From Camelus dromedarius (taxonomy: Eukaryota), in assembly GCF_036321535.1 (NCBI RefSeq), contig NC_087436.1, positions 85,872,001 to 85,936,000 of the forward strand: DNA of 64,000 nt, given 5' to 3'. Numbering within the stretch: position 1 is the stretch's first letter; each line of letters opens with the position of its first letter. Position numbers and translations under genes: made by a program. Of this stretch, positions 61,667 to 64,000 are shown piece by piece. The notes beneath the pieces were generated by a model that saw nothing but the letters and a program-made list of their open reading frames with translations, did no database searches and was not told the DNA's origin.

Positions 61667-62204
61667 CTTTTTTGATTTGTTTCTTTGCTTTTGCTTTTTT
61701 ACTTTTTTTTTAATTGAAGTATAGTCAGTTTACAATGTTGTCTCAGTTTCTGGTGTACTGTATAATGTTTCAGTCATACACTTACATATGTTTTCATATT
61801 CTTTTTTGTTATAGGTTATTACAAGATATTAGATATAGTTTCCTGTGCTATACAGTATAAATTTGCTGTTTATCTATTTTATATGTAGTAGTTAGTATCT
61901 GAAAATCTACAACTCCCAATTCATCCCTTCCCCACCATTAACCATAAGTTTGTTTTCTATGTCTTTGGGTCTGTTTCTGTTTTGTAAATAAATTCATTTG
62001 TGTCTTTTGGGTTTTTTTGGATTCCACATATGAGTGATATCATATGGTATTTTTCTTTCTCTTTCTGGCTTACTTCACTTAGAATAATAATTTCCAGGTC
62101 CACCCACATTATTTCATTCTTTTTTATGGCTGAGTAGTTTTCCATTGTATAACTATACCACAACTTCTTTACCCAGTCATCTGTCGAAGGACATTTAGCT
62201 TGTT
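61667..62204 (-). mobile_element. Young L1 3' end (camelid type) with a 10-bp TSD
   Basis: TGTGACATGT at 61657-61666 and 62205-62214; T-rich tail then 'aattgaagtatagtcagtttacaatgttg...gattccacatatgagtgatatcatatggtat'. Confidence 0.92.
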
Positions 62205-62284
62205 TGTGACATGTTTTTAATTTGTGAAATGATATAACCTCTATCCCTCTTTGGAACTGAAATTAAGAACTAGTCTTCCACATT

Positions 62285-62488
62285 CAGCAATACACTAGTA
62301 AACGTTTAACAATTGGCTCTCTGTAGGGGAAAGCCCTGATTGGTAGCATTTGACGATTTCACTGCAGTAAATACTCTGACTATAGCTGATTTGAAGCCAC
62401 CAACCTTATCGACCCCAAAACAGAGCTGAGGAGAGAGAAAAACAAAATGCTCTTAAGAGCCATGCCAGCCAGCTCCTGCACACCATTA
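62285..62488. mobile_element. MER63A-like hAT element
   Basis: 'gtaaacgtttaacaattggctctctg...aaagccctgatt...gtaaatactc...gccagctcctgcacacca'. Confidence 0.75.
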
Positions 62489-63752
62489 TATCTGAGGCTC
62501 ACTTGCCTCCAAATTTTCCTTTTCCCTCTTTAACCAGAAATTTGGATTGCCCTGGGCTGTGTCCAACTTTCTGTGACTTCATGATTATTTTCATGGTTTT
62601 ATACTTTCAATTAGTAATGATTGCTATTTGAAATACAGAAACTTTGGGAGAAGTTTTTCACATCCATGCCATTCCCAAGGCTGAATTGCCCTTTCTGTCA
62701 CAAACTCTAATCTGTCAAAAGAATTAGGCAGAGGGGTTCAACTTTGTGCCTGCCGTTTCACAAAGATTTGCACCAGACAGTAAATCCCATGAAAAAGAAA
62801 CTCAGGCTCAATAATATGACCATGAGTAAGTGTTATTCATCATGACTGTTTACCAACAGTTTCACATGCTTTTGCAGATACTTCATACATGGTTTTCAAG
62901 GCAGTATTTACGCAAAGGATTAGAGAAAGGGCAAAAGTTTCAAGGGAGAGACCTCACCAAAGCACATATCTCTCCCAGCATTAAATTGTCAACAAAATTA
63001 AACCTTTGCTCCACCCTAGAGCACAGCTTCCCAGCCAACGTTAGACACCCACGTGTGCTGGCAAAGATAAAGTCAACAACAAAAGCACACATGTCACATC
63101 TCCTGCAGAATGACATGCCCACCACTGCTTGGGTGGGGCAGCCCAAGCCTGCTGGAAATCCTCACCGTCAACACAGCAGCAAGCCCATCTCTCGCTCTGT
63201 GGCTGACGGCAGGAGATGGAACGTTGCTTCTGAAAGCAATGATAGCAAAGCCAGCAAGGCCCCAACTGTTTGTTAAATGCCTAACGATTAACAGAAGCCC
63301 CGGCCTCAGCCTTTGGGGCTGCCACTCAGGGTAGTCTGTTTAGTAAACAGTCAACCACCAATATCTTGAACAGTTTGAACAGATGGCTCCAGGGTTCAGG
63401 CCAACTGTGTTGCCCTCAATTTCACACAGCTTTGGGTAGTGAAGGCCATAAAAATCAAGCAAAGTATAAACATAGACACTCCCCCTCCCTTCTTCCTCCT
63501 CCACAAATGCACAGGGGCTCCAATCTCTAGGTGATGAAATCTGACAAAGATTTAAGATTAGAGAGGGAGCCTGAGTGGAGTGGATTTGAAGTCATTAGAA
63601 ATTGTCTGTGTGTGACTGAAAATTGAGGAGAAGGAAATGGAATCCACCCACGTTTCTCAGCATGGAGCACATGAAGGAACTGATACAATGAAAGAATGTC
63701 ATGAAACTCAGCCAATGGCTCAGAAATCTCTAGGCAGAAACCAGTGCTTCTA

Positions 63753-63918
63753 GGTGGAGGATACACCTCAGCGGTAGAGCACATGATTAGTATGCATGAA
63801 GTCCTGGGTTCAATCCCCAGTACCTCTGTTAAAAAGTAAATAAATAAATCTCATTACACCCCTTTCATGAGAAGCATAAAATTTTAAGAAGAAAAGAAAC
63901 TTATAAAAGAAAACAAAA
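63753..63918 (+). mobile_element. tRNA-Ala-derived camelid SINE (vic-1 type) with TSD
   Basis: 'ggtggaggatacacctcagcggtagagcacatg...gtcctgggttcaatccccagtacctc' plus A-rich tail; 17-bp TSD AGAAACCAGTGCTTCTA (63736-63752) and AGAAACCACTGGTTCTA (63919-63935). Confidence 0.9.
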
Positions 63919-64000
63919 AGAAACCACTGGTTCTAAAGTAGAAATACCTGGCAATTCAGTTGTAAATGGGACATTTGGCCTACCCACTGTAGAACTTCTC

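Noticed and set aside
63049..63093. Possible pre-miRNA hairpin (CACGTGTGCT...AGCACACATG)
   Set aside because: The stem is only ~10 bp with a large loop, too short for a pre-miRNA.
62830..63276. 148-aa ORF
   Set aside because: GTG start, no recognisable domain and no convincing splice context; a length like this can arise by chance in 64 kb.

Overview
This is mammalian non-coding DNA (intergenic or deep intronic), most likely from a camelid, judged from two tRNA-Ala-derived vic-1-type SINEs and cetartiodactyl-type L1 3' ends. I found no credible protein-coding exon, RNA gene or CRISPR array. The supplied ORFs are chance ORFs or translations of repeats. Much of the window is interspersed repeat: MIR, L2, old and young L1, MaLR/ERVL/ERV1 solo LTRs, and hAT and Tigger DNA-transposon fossils, including a Charlie transposase remnant. 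The repeats are separated by unique tracts that look regulatory: a small orphan CpG island at ~8.5 kb, a CpG/AP-1/GC-box cluster at ~13.2-14.0 kb and a TGACA/GATA cluster at ~6 kb. The three most unusual structures are: (1) a ~520-bp inverted duplication of an L2-MIR-L2 mosaic around a 1.3-kb spacer, with a ~90% identical core (52.9-55.2 kb); (2) a 187-bp orphan retroposed insert with a perfect 15-bp target-site duplication and an A-tail (19.4-19.6 kb); (3) a 28-bp minisatellite with a 5-unit higher-order repeat (1.6-2.1 kb). I cannot support a new biological system from the sequence alone. Repeat subfamily names come from recalled consensus motifs, not a database search, and boundaries are approximate unless a TSD is given.
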